Positions 1-13,073 of a stretch of DNA of 51,517 bases are shown here, piece after piece. The stretch is from positions 62,001 to 113,517 of the forward strand of contig KE561068.1 in assembly GCA_000442015.1 (NCBI GenBank), given 5' to 3'. This DNA comes from Rozella allomycis CSF55. Lineage: Eukaryota. Under the pieces are notes generated by a model, which was given only the letters and a program-made list of their open reading frames with translations, was not told the DNA's origin and searched no databases. Every line of letters starts with the position of its first letter. Position 1 is the stretch's first letter. A program made the position numbers and the translations under genes.

Positions 1-3000
1 TTTTAACAAGTATTGATATATTTTCCCATCAGTCCCTTTAATTGAACATTTACGCGGTCTCTGCTTTGAAGTAATAACAGTCAACGTTGGATGGAACATT
101 TGGATTCTGATTATCTGTGAATTGGATTTATAAGTGCCTGGAACAGCCAATTCCAAATCTTTCGCGTTTAATAGTTTAGGTGAAATGTATTGTAGATCTA
201 AACTAGTCATTTGAGATAGTTGCTTGGTGATTCTCTTAAACACGTGGTAATACAGATCCCATGCCATATTCAAATCATTAACGTTGTTTGATTTCTTGTA
301 TTTTTTACACCAATCATTCGCTTCTTGTAAATCTCTTCCATACGCTTGCGTAAATGAAATCTCTCTCAACGTCTCTGCACCCCTTTCCATCATCAAATGC
401 AGCGGTTCCAAAACACCAAGCATCCCTCATCTCCTATAAACTAAATGTTTACCTTCAATATTATGATCACTAAAGTACAATCTTGACGCTTCTTCCAACC
501 CCTCATGCCAAACTTCCTGCCACAAAATAGCGACTCTAATCAGCTCTTGACTTACAAGCAAAACCTAAAACAAATCAACTAAAATCATACCTGCTCAACT
601 AGATGTAACGAATGCGACTTCATCTTTTCAATAATAGCCAACGCCGACGTCTTTCTAGAATACGACGTAGATTTCGAAGCAACAGTCAGAGAATACACAA
701 GCGCCTGCGGATGCTCCTTCCCAACATCATTCAACACACAATGAATCAATCTCCTAACCTGCGGCGTCGGCGCATGAATCCTCGCAATCAACTGCGGAAT
801 AACTTGCAGCCAAGTGTCAATCCTCACCGAATTGAATCCCTAGCTGATCGCCATATTGACTTCAGGATGGTATCCGTATTTAAACATCAGCGTCAATAAC
901 CTCAACGTATCTTGCAGCGAATTTTCAAATGACAGTGAAATCGATTTAAAGAATCCTTGCACAGCCGGCACTACAAATGAAACGATCGTTTGCTTGTTGC
1001 CCTGCCCACTCTTTTCCATATCAGACACAACCTATAATAACATTGTCAATTCATTACCTGGAAATTAGCCAACGCCCATGAATGCCACGCCTTGTACCAT
1101 TCAGGATTAAATCTAGTCGCCTCCAAAAACGCATGAATTATACTAGAATGCGAATCATCAGACAACAACGACTATTCACCCATACAACATTTAATTACTT
1201 TTTGGTATTGACCCAATTTATGGTAACATTTAGCCAACAATTTTGAATGCTCATTGATTGAAAATGTTTCTGAATTTGATTCTGAATTTTTCCTAATTTC
1301 CAAATCACCCGCCAAATTCAAAGTAAAATCGTACAAACTCTTCAATGTCTCCACCTTGTCTCTAGTCTCCCACGAATATTTCAAAAACGAATAAATTATC
1401 AGTGGCGGCGACTGGTCAAAAGAAATCAAATTCAATGGAATAGAATTCAGCAGCCCAGAGCCCAGTGATTTACTTGCTTTCAACGAAGAACCCTTCAACG
1501 AAGATTCTTTCAACGCCAACACTTTATCCACCTCGGCGTTTTTAAACACAAAATTGTTTTTAAACAAATCCAGAAATATTTTATTACAAATGCTAAACCT
1601 CCCAGCTTTCCTGCACAGATTAGCAAACTTTATCCACATTTCAATATTCTCTTCAGGCTCCATTACAAGCGATCGTATTTTTAAAATTCTCTGCCAAACT
1701 TCCACATTCCTTTGACAGCCACTCAATCTTTTCATCCAGCATTCTTTGATAATTGGCTGCTTTTCAGGATACTTTTTAAATGAAATAATCTCTTCCAACT
1801 CTACAATCATCTGAATTCTAACAAGAACACTTTAAATGAAACTTTATAATTAACTTTACTTGTAGGCTCTGTTGTAGCTTTCACCAATCAATGCAGTCAA
1901 TTCAGTATCCAGTAAATCCCTCGTCTTTTCAATCAAACCCTGCGCCAAACTAAAATCATTTTTATTCAACGCCGAAATAGCTCTAAAGAAAGATCCATCA
2001 GCAGTGTCTTCTCTGATAACAGACAAATAGTCGTCAAGAGACTCCCACTGCTTCAAACCCCATGCAGCACCAGCAGCCAATGGAGCTATTTGCTTTCTAA
2101 CATCTTCATCAGCCTGCAACCATTTCTCTTGCGACACTTCACTCAACCTCTCCCAATCACCCAATGCATGCAAACATCGCATTTTGCCAAACGTATACTC
2201 TGAATTATCGGGATCTTCCAATGATCTCTTTTCATAGGCAATTAAAGCTTCTTCCCATCGATGTAATTTTTCATACCACGATTCTTTCAATTCAAAATTT
2301 TGCTTTGATTGAGTGTAGACTAGAATACCAATAGCTGCATCTGGCTGTTGAAGTTGATTGTTAATGCTAATTAGAGATTCAATTGTATTTGGAGATGATT
2401 TGTTAATAAATTCTAATTCCTTGTAGTGTAAAGCTTTAGCAAACGCATGACATTTAGCAGCATAAGCGCCCAACAGTTTAACATCAATTGGCAACGACAT
2501 TTCTTCATGTTCCATAAATTCAGCCAAATTTAAAATAATTTGAAGAATCTCTGGTGGAATGGTAGGCGAAGACAAGGCTATTTCCAACGATCGAATTAAC
2601 TCATCTTGAAACTGATCAAACATTTCAGTCCAACAAGAAATAAAAGCAACATTGAATAATTCTCTTGCTAGTGGGTAATAAATAGAAGATAAACTAGCAC
2701 AAGATCTTAAAGAATGGCAAGGGGATTCTTTTAATAATTCAACTGAAAATCTTCTTATCCATTCATTCCAATCTTCTTTTGTTGATCTTTGTGTTGCTTC
2801 AAATGATTTACACAAATTCATTTGATTTACAGGCAATTTCTTTACAGATTGATTTTGATTAACTTCTTCTCTTGTCTCAACATAGTTTACTCTTGTTTCT
2901 TCATTATTCAATATCTTTGAAATAGTTTCATTTAAAGCATTCGATTGAATTTTATTTTTTATTAAACTTTTCTGTACCATTGGAATAAAAACTATAAAAT

Positions 3001-6000
3001 CTTTATTCAACTGTTTAGCAATAACAATCAGCGCTTCAACACAAGTTGGTTTCAATTCATGAACATTCAATATTCTCAAAATTGGATGAATAAATCTACT
3101 CGAATAATTAAAGAAATTAATTCTCAAACAAATCTTTCCAATTGTCTCAATCGCTACTCTTCTCAATTGCATTAAATTTTCATTCTTTTCAAACAACTTT
3201 ATTATTGGAGGGATCGTTAAATAAATATACTCTTCCAAATCAACTCCAAACACAATTATCGTTTGCAACGCTTTAAACGTCAGCTGCTTCTTTTCACTTG
3301 AATCATTCTCCAATATCCCCAAAATCAATGGAAGAAGTTTAGGCAAATAGTCTCTAAACTCTCCATTCATCGCTACTGAAATTGATTCTATTAAATCCAA
3401 CAAACTATTCTGAATATTCACATTCCAATGCTCATTAATCAATTCTATTATCTTATCCAAATACTTTCTTATATGATTTCTCACAATAACAATCAATATA
3501 CTCAACTGCTGGAAATAAAACTCCAACAATCCTTTCACTAAAACTAAATCTATTTACCTGCTTGACACACCTTCATTATACTCAGATATGGATCCATCAC
3601 TTGTGGCAAAAATGTTACACATCTCATCCCCATAGTCTTAAAAATATACATTATCGCTTGAACAACCCCCGTATGATGCATACTCAATGAACTATCCTTC
3701 AATATTCTAACCAAACTCTTAATAACTATCGTGGGATAATAATCATCATGCGTTGGATGCAGATTAACAGACACTTCTTCATTACCAACTTCAACCAGTC
3801 CCTTAAAACACTCTTCACTCTCTTCTTTATCCATCTGCGTCACTTTATATCTATATGGATCCAATGCCCCCATAACACCCAACAATCTCGTCGTCTCCTT
3901 TCTAATCCCACTCCCCTGCTCCATCTTCAATATACTTATCAAATTAGTCAGCAAATCTGGATAATCAACATACGGCTCTATCACATACGCTGTAGATGAC
4001 GTCAATCTACAAAGTGCCTTCAACGCTTCCATTCTTTTCATTGGTGAACTCTGGTCTTGCAACGTTTGTATAATAATCGGACACAGTCTCTTTAAATACG
4101 GTCGCAGTTCATTGCCTCCAATATGCGCCAACTCTCCAACTGCAAACAAAATACTTCCAACAACACCTCTTAACTTTAATGATAAAATTTACCTGGAGTA
4201 TTATTTTGATCAAGTTTGGGTAATAAAACTCTCAAGATTGGTTCAACATATGGTTTGACTAGTCTTGTTGATGCTGCTATAATATGAGCCAACAAAGTCG
4301 CACTCTCTTCCTTTCCTCTACTAACACTTGAATATTCCAGTTGTGTTAAAAGTTGAATCAATGTCTTTCTCAACGATGGAAGAACACACGCAGGATTCAA
4401 ATCCGCCATTCTTCCCAACGTAGAAACAACAATCTCTCTAATCTGAAACACTTCATCATTCAACGCTAAAAACAAAGTTTTAATATTTTGTGCATGTGAC
4501 AAGTAATAATCAAACCTATTATCACCATCATATGCTCAATTTACCTCTTGTCTAATGATTCAAACACAATCCTTCTAACTTGCGGCTCTGGATCTGTTAT
4601 CCCCACATTCAACAATTTCTCCAATATTTCATTCAACGATTTAATTGCCATCGCACTCTTCTCCAAATACATTTCATCTCTTGCAACCAACTCTGTACAT
4701 GTTAACACAGTTTCTTTTCTAACTAGAACATTATCATAATCCAAATAAAACAAAACACATTCACAAATAAATTCTAAAAGCGATAATCCCTCAAAATTAA
4801 ATGTTTGCAAAATTCTCATTGACAAAATTATCGTCTCCTCATCCTGCGTTGGCTCCACAACTATTTGATTAGATTTTGGTGCGCCAACTGGAGAAAAGAA
4901 CGTCCCCTTCAGCAACAATGATATCAAATCCAACAATTTCACTATTTCATTCAAACTATTTGCTTACTCTTTATAACTGAATTAAAGTTGGGAAGTGCTT
5001 TAGTTATTTTAATCAAACATTCGAAAAGTGGCAACGAAAGTCCATTCAAAAACAAAGGATCCAAAATCTCTTCAATCTTTCTCGACATTGTTTGCCCAAG
5101 CGCTTCAGCTAAACATCCAATACAAACATAAACACCATCTTCAACTAGCTTATTTTTACTATCACAAGTATAATTTATTCTTACTTTTTGTTTGTCAATG
5201 TATCTTTTATAAATGAAAATATCTGATCAATAAACTCTGTTATGCTATGCTGCACTTGCTTGGCTATCAATCCAAATGACTCAAACAAATTCCCTCTTTC
5301 CTTTTCTTTCTTCATCATATTCAAAATATGACTGCAAAATGTCGTCAAATAGAAACTACAAAATTGCTGCACATCATACTCTGCCAACAACGGGATAATC
5401 ACTAGCACCGTCTTTCTAACAACAGCATCCTTGTAATCTTTATATTTTATTGTAATCTCGCAAATCTCATTATACTTTTCAGCCAAATTCTATCAATTAT
5501 CAACAAACATCATCTTTACATCACCCGTCCCTGTCAATATAGACTTTACCGCCAACAACGATCCATGTATACTTTCTACATTATTCATCTTTATCCCCTT
5601 CAACGCCTCATCATAAATCTTCTTATACCACTGTATCTTAAACTGACTCTCCCGCAGCCCAATCAATTCCAAACACGTATCCAAACACCCACTCGCCGCC
5701 TCTCTCACAACTTGCTTGGGATCTCTCAACGCACACCATATACTATCAATTATCTGGCCAACATACGAATACACCAAACTAGGCGCATTCTTCGCCAGCT
5801 CCATAACAATATACACCGCAGACAGTCTTTTATGCTCATTCCTATCCCCTATATCCAACCCAAACAACCATCCTACCTTGCAGCCAATCCAGCGCCCTGC
5901 GCATCTCAAAATCCACAAAATCAGCCGTCAGCGTGCCCCCACACTGCGCAAGCTTGCCAAGCGCCCGTGCCCCACTCACAATAACCTTTCCCATCCACTC

Positions 6001-6317
6001 ATTCACATTACCTGCAGGTCAGAGCTCGGAAGCACCATCCGCAAATAATTCGCAAACCTGGTAATCTTTGTGGCATTCTCCTCGGTCTGGAAATCAATCA
6101 GAGTCGTTATTGCGTAAATGCCAGCTAGCTTGTCATTCATGCTCGGTGAATGGATCAGCTCGAATATTCGCTTGTTCACATCGTTCAGGTACTTGCTGAA
6201 TTGCTCCGCAGACATTTCGCGTGATATGTACGTTATGTGGTTGTATAATTCATGGCTCGCTGGAACGCGTGTCTCGGTGACACTGAGGTCGCCAAGAATT
6301 CGTACTAGTTCCTCCAT
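1..6317 (-). CDS. TOR: TOR kinase (HEAT, FAT, FRB and start of the kinase domain; runs off the window start); 13 short introns; one in-frame TAG at 840-842
   Basis: Spliced translation gives hallmark TOR motifs [73 protein letters not shown]. Introns of 26-30 nt (e.g. 5986-6011) restore the frame. ATG at 6317. Confidence 0.97.
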
Positions 6318-6407
6318 ACTGGAGTTTAGCCACAATCTTGGGGATCCCAGAATTGGACTATTTGGTTAAAAATGTCACAAAATAGGTTATAATTTTAGAA
6401 ACATTTA

Positions 6408-8077
6408 TTATATTCGAAAACAGTTGTAGTCCATTCTTTCGCTTCCGCCACCTCTTATGGCATTGATGTCAAGAGGACACTCATAAATAGTTTCTTCTTT
6501 TGAAAGATCGAAAGAACTATTCCTCAATTTCTTTAGTAACTCATCTTTTATACTGTCTATTCTCTGTAGTCCAGCGTTGATGAATCCTCGAATCATGCCT
6601 CCTTCATTCCCCGGTGTAAGGATATCATAAGCATCAAAACCTCCGCAATCATGATCATTTACTTCAATAATATATGGACTTGCAATCGGCTTCCCGTGCT
6701 CTACATTCCGACTAATTTATTAGACTTACCATCGAACCCATCCAAATGAAGCATTACATCCAATCCAACCATCATAGTCTCTGCGCGATAAGGACCTCCA
6801 TCAGCCCTCGTCATTGTCTTCTCATATTGGCTCCATTCCTCAAAGAATTTCCTACCGAGATCCTTAATTTCACGAAAACATTCGTCCCAATTGGATATCT
6901 CTGCTCTTCTGAATGCATCTTCTATACTCGTCCAAAATCCTCCGTTGGGTCCTTTTTGAAATTTTATAATTGAATGTACCTGCATTTACTGGTGCCCCGC
7001 GTTTTCCCACACGCGCCAAACCACCGCAAGTTTCCCCTATACCTTTTATCGAAATATCATTAGAATATACCATTTGCATTTTTGGCACAAACCACACGAA
7101 GAACCCAGTCAAATTTGTGATCAAGAAGTGCTACCGGTCCATTGAATGTTGACTTATCTAGCGATATGGTGGGAGACTCAATTTTCTTGTCTACAAGCAC
7201 AGAATCATTGTCAGAGCAAATGGATAGTAAATGTAATACATGGTCAACTGCACCTTCAAGATCGCCTTCCGACTCTAACTTGAAAATTTTCACACCATCA
7301 CACGAACAGAATCTTGGACCAGATGGTTTTATGACGATTTGATTGTATTGAATCATCGACACAAATTCCTTGATTTTATCAGCAACCGTCTTTTTTGAAG
7401 CATCATCAGACGAATTTAATAAGATTGTCAAAGGTTCGGTTAAAGAAGATCTCTCTATAAACTTCCTTTTTCTATCATTCAATGGACAGAGTTTAAACGC
7501 TATGAAATTAGGGACATTTATCCGCGCTTTGGACATTAGTAATCCAATTTAAATAACTGCAAATACATTACCTGGTAAATAGTTTGTCATTGATATCCAA
7601 TTCAATAGACGAAGAGCTTGACATAAATCCAATGTTATTGACTTCAAAATTCTTGGCTTGTATACATAGCGGTTGCATTTTAGGATATTCGGCCCAGCTA
7701 GAGCATGACAAAAAGTTGACATAAAGCCCAATTATTCTTGGTTTTTTGAATTTGACATATTCCAATCCTTTACCGTTGAAACGAATTCCTTGATTCATTA
7801 CCAATATTGACTCGCTTTTTGAAATTGAATGAGATTTGATCCATGAAGGATGAAGACATATGTACACGCTAAATTCTTGCTTATTCACACCCAATTTAAA
7901 TCCTTCTTGAAGGTAAGATATGGCATAAGAGATTGGACCTAGCACGACCAAAGTCAATTTACTGGCATCTAAGTCGTCTATTGTTTGTATTAGAGACGAG
8001 AACTTCCAAGAATTTGTAAGTTTTACGATATCCAAAGCCTGTTCCTCTAAAAAGAAATTATATTCGGCAGTTGGCAT
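6408..8077 (-). CDS. ATP-grasp ligase resembling the N-terminal domain of carnosine synthase 1; 4 introns
   Basis: Motifs in order: LVVLGPISY..ICLHPSWI, INDKLFTR, IVIKPSGPRF, DSVLVD, GGPYRAETMMVGLDVML, PYIIEVNDHDCGG (ATP-grasp ExN). These parallel the CARNS1 N-terminal half as I recall it. Confidence 0.7.
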
Positions 8078-8138
8078 TTTATGCAAAATGTTCCGAGATG
8101 TCAAAATTAAATTAGAAGTCCGTAAAAATAGAATCGGT

Positions 8139-10119
8139 TTATTGAATGAAAATTTCGTGACTATTTTTCAATAAGTGCTCAATTATCTTGTTAATGTTAC
8201 CGTAATCCTCAATGCTTTGATTTTCCGTGAATAGAAGAGCAGGTCCAATTACAACAGCCAGGCTAGCGGCATCCATACCGTTTAAGTTTGAATTTTGCAC
8301 AACCTTTTCAAAACATTGGCAAACTCTCCACAATAGATGTAAGTTAGTATTGGGCAGTAACATTAAGTAAAATCGTATTACCACATCTAAATTATTTGGT
8401 GAAATATATTCTTAATTTAACGGAATAATAGATCATACTTGCTGCTGCCATAAAGAAAGGATAGAGCTTACATGACAAAATGGGCTCTGGCAATTCTCGT
8501 AGATACATCTTCAACAAAGTAGCCATATCAAATGGGGAAATAGGAAAACGCTTGAAATCGAAATCCAAAGGACTCTCATCAATTTTATCTTTTAACTCTT
8601 TGGTTAATTTAGCCGATCCGGGTATGCGAAATATTCCTTGAGTGCTTGCTCCGTTTATGATTATAGGCGATTTTACCATTTTCTTCAATTAATATACATA
8701 AATCATCAACAAGTTTAGGGATCAACAAACCTGGGTATTGAAGCCCTTGATGATTCATCCAGGCGTTCAATTCCGTCCCAAAAAGTTTGACCTTTTCTCT
8801 TTTAAAAAATAACGAAAAACCTATTCATTTAAGGAACATATTTTACTGGCAGATCTACTGATTGTACCGTTTTTGCCAAACAACGGCTTTTTGGATATTG
8901 TTTTGACGATTTTCTCGAAATCTAGTCGATGCTGAAACCTAGGATCCGTAAAGAGCATTTTTATTTCAGGAATTAAATTCCTTATAGCTTCATTTTTCTC
9001 CGTTAAACTCAAATCAAGAATTGATTTTGTCAACTTTGGCGTAAGAAATTCACCGAAAGCATCATCAACATTTTGAAGTTTCCGGTGTTGCGCGTGTCTA
9101 CTTTTTTTAGCTGGCTCTACGTTAGAATTGTGAGGAAAAATGTTTCTAGCTGCAGATGGTTTTCGTAAATTACCTCTTTGAAGTATTAATTGTCGTGCTA
9201 TGAGTCTTTGAAATAAACACTAATCGCCAAGTAGACAGTAATTCTCGTTTAGTAAGCGTATAATTTGTGTTTTTGGTGTTAATCAAGTGTTTAATAGAAG
9301 ACAGGGTATCGTAATCGTTTAAAACACGTCCTGAAATATATATCTTTAAAATTTTACTGTGCGTCCCTTTAACTAAGCATAATGTAAATAACCCATGGCC
9401 TTCCAAACTGCTTAGTCCAAATTTTTGGGCTATTATAGAAATTGAGGGGTCTACTAATGTATCATCTTCAAAAGCCAAAGTTTTATACGATGAAAAGTCT
9501 TCAGAATAAATAGGGTAAAGTGTTTTCTTTTGTGAATGCTGAAATGTGACATACTGGATTCGATGGACCTACAAGAGTAGTTATGGCCAAGTCATTCAGT
9601 CTAATTAGTTCATCTTCAATTGAATTATTATTTTCTCTTCTTGTGTTTGATTTAATTATTGGGGTTTGCTTATTTGATTTCTGTGTATTTGCTGAATTGA
9701 ATGTGTGACCAAACTTGATGTTCTGCCCGAATCTTAACATTTTCGGTGTATTGTCTCCATTTTCGGCTTTTTGATACTGCTTTGGCGTTTCACCTACTAG
9801 TGGAATTAATAAACGACCTCCAATGAACTGTATAGAAATTTCTGATGCGTCACTATCCTTTTTAGATGTATTATCTAATTCGTCAATTCCAGAGTCTCTT
9901 CGAATAGATTCTTCTCCAATGAATTTAATTTTCCGTTCATTCCCATTGATTTTGACAAGTGTGTTTGCTACCCATTCACTCGCCCATTCGCTTTCCCAAT
10001 CCGACTGGAGCTAGATCGCACAATATAATTAAATATACGTGTAGGTTATTGAATTCTGATTCGATGGAATTCTGATTCGACGGTATTTGTTTTATGTTTT
10101 TACTTTGGTCTTTTATCAT
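8139..10119 (-). CDS. RhoGAP-domain protein (C-terminal GAP domain); about 6 introns
   Basis: LFGTEL..IPKLV, TQGIFRIPGS (arginine finger), ATLLKMYLRELPEPIL, NGMDAASLAVVIGPALL. Upstream exons join in frame to ATG 10119. Confidence 0.88.
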
Positions 10120-10449
10120 TCCCACCTTGGAGATAATAACAACATGAAATATAACAACATGAAATATCTAAATAAAATAAATGAAATTGGGTAAAACGGG
10201 AGCGCACTCGTATGCCCTTCGGCACAAACTAAAACTAAATGAAAAGGAAAGCAAGTAGACGCAAGCGTTTCCATTGACTCATTTAGGAAAAGGCAAAAAT
10301 AGTGTCGAAGCATTTATTTTCAAGAATCCATTTCATAGGAATTTGGTAAAACCTTTTCAAGCATATGAACTTGCTTGTCGATTTTTTTTCATTTCTTCAT
10401 GTCTTACTTCTTTATTCATTCATGAATTAATCGTTAATTAAGTATTGGA

Positions 10450-10471
10450 TGGGTGAGTGTACACTCACCCA
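10450..10471. repeat. Perfect 22-bp palindrome TGGGTGAGTGT-ACACTCACCCA
   Basis: Read directly; no spacer. Confidence 0.95.
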
Positions 10472-10564
10472 ACACACGATGGCGTCTTTCAATTCCATGC
10501 ACCTTATTACTTATCATTTTTTGGTGACTGGGTGAATTTTTTAAAGTAATTTGAAATTTCGTAG

Positions 10565-10894
10565 TTATACACGGCACCCACAGAAAGTTTCTTCTTTAAT
10601 AGTGATTTCATAAATCCTGAATTCGTCATTAACATTCTCCTTTTTTAATAAGTCCAAAAATAGGATCGTCTGGATTACCTGAAGGGCGTTGCCGCGTTGG
10701 CTTTTTAAAGATTTTATCTTAAATGCCGTTTTCAAATCCAATGATTGCGATTTTGAAAGCTCTTTAAAATTTTCAGGATCTATGTCTTTCCCGTGGGGAT
10801 TTTGACGAATGGTTTCCCCTTCTTTTTCTTTAAATAAAGAACATCTAAAATATTTTTCCAGTGTCGGCAAACGAGATTTCAGAATTGGGTCCAT
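10565..10894 (-). CDS. Hypothetical ORF or gene relic in a gene-poor island
   Basis: Open frame of about 110 aa with protein-like composition; no recognised domain. Confidence 0.25.
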   Translation of the reverse strand: MDPILKSRLPTLEKYFRCSLFKEKEGETIRQNPHGKDIDPENFKELSKSQSLDLKTAFKIKSLKSQRGNALQVIQTILFLDLLKKENVNDEFRIYEITIKEETFCGCRV

Positions 10895-11346
10895 GCTAAT
10901 GGGGGACAACTAAGGTTACACACCAGGAACGTCATACATATAATATACATTTCCACTTTTTCGATGTTTTTTCATTATATGCGGTGGCAGGATTTCAAAT
11001 CCCACAAGAACAAAATTAACTCGTTCATTGCTGATTTTAGCATTTTTTGTGTTATTGGTTGCAATTGTGATTCACAATTACACCAGGACCGTTGACGTTT
11101 TCGATTTTTTTTTCAGATTCTTATGGTTCTAAACCGCAAATAGGCAAGATAAAACAACAATTTCATATTTTATTTTAATTTAATTGTAAAAAGACATATT
11201 ACTTGATATTGGATGTTCTGAGTTCATAGACCAAATTTGGATTTTGGGGTGAATCGGGAGCACAAAATGGTTACATTCACACACCATTCGACAACCAACC
11301 TTTCAAATCCCTTAAAGTGAGTGTGTATTCGAGGTGAAAATGGTAT

Positions 11347-12063
11347 TAACTCAACATGCCAATAATCGTTTTTGAAGTCCGGGTCGTAAACTCCCCGTGC
11401 GATAAAAAATTGATGAAAAATATAAGAAAACTTGGGTTTATGTCAATAGAAGATGTTGCTGAAAGAAATGGTTTGGTCATTTCTTTTACATCTAGACGAA
11501 AAGTCTATCTGTCACGTTCTGTCTTGAGATTGTCTTCAAAGCACTTGCACGCTTGCATTTCTTGGTGCCACCCGCTACGTTTAAATACTTGTAGCGACTG
11601 TTTTGTTGTTTTACGTATATTTTGAATGGCCACTTTTGACTTTTTAGATTATAGAAACCTAGTCATGACAGATAATCGGTGAAAATTTTAGCAACATAGC
11701 GAAAAATAATTATCAGCACGATTATTCTCATTCTTGGAAAAAACCTCCTTCCGCATATTGCTGGTTTTAGATGATCCAACTTCAACTGATGATCGTCAAT
11801 ATGCAGAACAAAAACATCAATTGTATTTAGCACTTCTATTTTATTATAATATATTTCCCTTTATTGCTGTTGAAGTAAATATAAATAGCCAAGTCTAGAA
11901 CTTCCTTATCGGGACCTATAAATTTNACAAAGAACGAGCGTGCAGTTGAAGCCTCGATGGTTTCACACGTATCAGATCTCAAAGCCTCAGCAACTACAAG
12001 CGCCGGGATACCATTCCAGTATTCGTCAGAGTTTTCCAAGATTTGGAGTGCCTCGTGAAGCAT
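11347..12063 (-). pseudogene. Possible degraded coding sequence
   Basis: Protein-like minus-strand frames (MLHEALQILENSDEYWNG...; KVAIQNIRKTTKQSLQVF...) interrupted by stops and an N; no family recognised. Confidence 0.2.
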
Positions 12064-12298
12064 TAAGATTGTTGCTCGNACTTCTACTATCTTTCTTACT
12101 CTATTTCAATAATTGCAGCTCCTTATATCTTTTTATACTTTTCTGCCAACCCGCTGTCACACAAGACGTAACATTAGGCGATAAAATTCAACCAGTAAGG
12201 GTGAATTTATCGTTAGACATAAATTGCGCGCTCTTTACTCATTGTCCCATTAAGAATCGTGTCATTCTGGAGAGCTATTTTCAATTTAATATTCCCAT

Positions 12299-12877
12299 TC
12301 AAAAGGCCTCCATTGCCCCCCATTCAAGGTCTTCTTCAAAGTCTTCTTCTTGGCATGGACTGTTTGNTCGTTGGTACTGAACACGGACCATGTTGCATCC
12401 TTGCGTAGCCTTGCTCATGTCGGCTTCCATGGGGGCCCATTCAAGATCTTCGTCAGAGTCTTCCTCTTGGCACTGATTTTCTGCATTAGGAGTTTGGGCT
12501 TCTTTGGCTGCAAAGTCATCAGTGACCGTGTGTGCGTTGGTAATCTTGGCCTCCATTGGCGCCCATTCAAGGTCTTCTTCAAAGTCTTCTTCTTGGCATG
12601 GACTGTGTGAAACAGAGGTTTTATGTTTCTGGACTAAAGAATCATCTGTGATTTCCACAGTCTCTTGGGTGAAAGTTGCTTCGCAGGCACTACTTGAGGA
12701 TTTGGATTCGCCATACTCTATTGGTTCCATGAACTTTTTGAATGGGAATATTAAATTGAAAATGGCTATCCAAAAGGAAACGATGCTCAATGGGACAATG
12801 AGTAAAGAGCGCGCAATAAGAGTCATAGTGTTATGCATAAACATTGCGAGAATCACGTGAACTGTAAACAAACGCAA
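12299..12877 (-). CDS. Hypothetical protein with a hydrophobic N-terminus and three acidic repeats (CQEEDxxEDLEWxxMEA)
   Basis: ORF track 192 aa; repeat units near 12305, 12421 and 12548. Ns at 12367 and 12882 make the structure uncertain. Confidence 0.4.
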   Translation of the reverse strand: MRLFTVHVILAMFMHNTMTLIARSLLIVPLSIVSFWIAIFNLIFPFKKFMEPIEYGESKSSSSACEATFTQETVEITDDSLVQKHKTSVSHSPCQEEDFEEDLEWAPMEAKITNAHTVTDDFAAKEAQTPNAENQCQEEDSDEDLEWAPMEADMSKATQGCNMVRVQYQRXNSPCQEEDFEEDLEWGAMEAF

Positions 12878-12988
12878 ATGANGGACACGATGCTCAATGG
12901 GACAATGAGAAAAGAGCGTGCAATAAGAGTCATGGTGTTAAGCATAAACATTGCGAGAATCACGTGAACCGTAAACAAACGCAAATGA
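12780..12988. repeat. Near-identical 102-bp direct duplication (12780-12881 / 12887-12988) flanking an N
   Basis: Copies differ at about 5 positions; N at 12882 suggests a contig overlap or two haplotypes. Confidence 0.85.
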
Positions 12989-13073
12989 CTATTTCAGAAA
13001 TTCATAAGATTGTAAAATTAGAAACTAAAGCCATTAAATACAAATCTAATTGTAAATCAATACTCAATTTATT

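Noticed and set aside
840-842. Genome-wide TAG/TAA reassignment (as in some aphelids)
   Set aside because: Long frames (1496 aa Nup192, 635 aa CHS, 560 aa TOR) have no in-frame TAG or TAA, and genes end at TAA/TAG where expected.
12299-12610. CRISPR-like repeat-spacer array
   Set aside because: Units are about 60 bp, in-frame peptide repeats in a eukaryotic ORF; no cas genes.
12780-12988. Biological 107-bp-period tandem repeat
   Set aside because: An N sits at the junction; likely overlapping contig ends or haplotypes.
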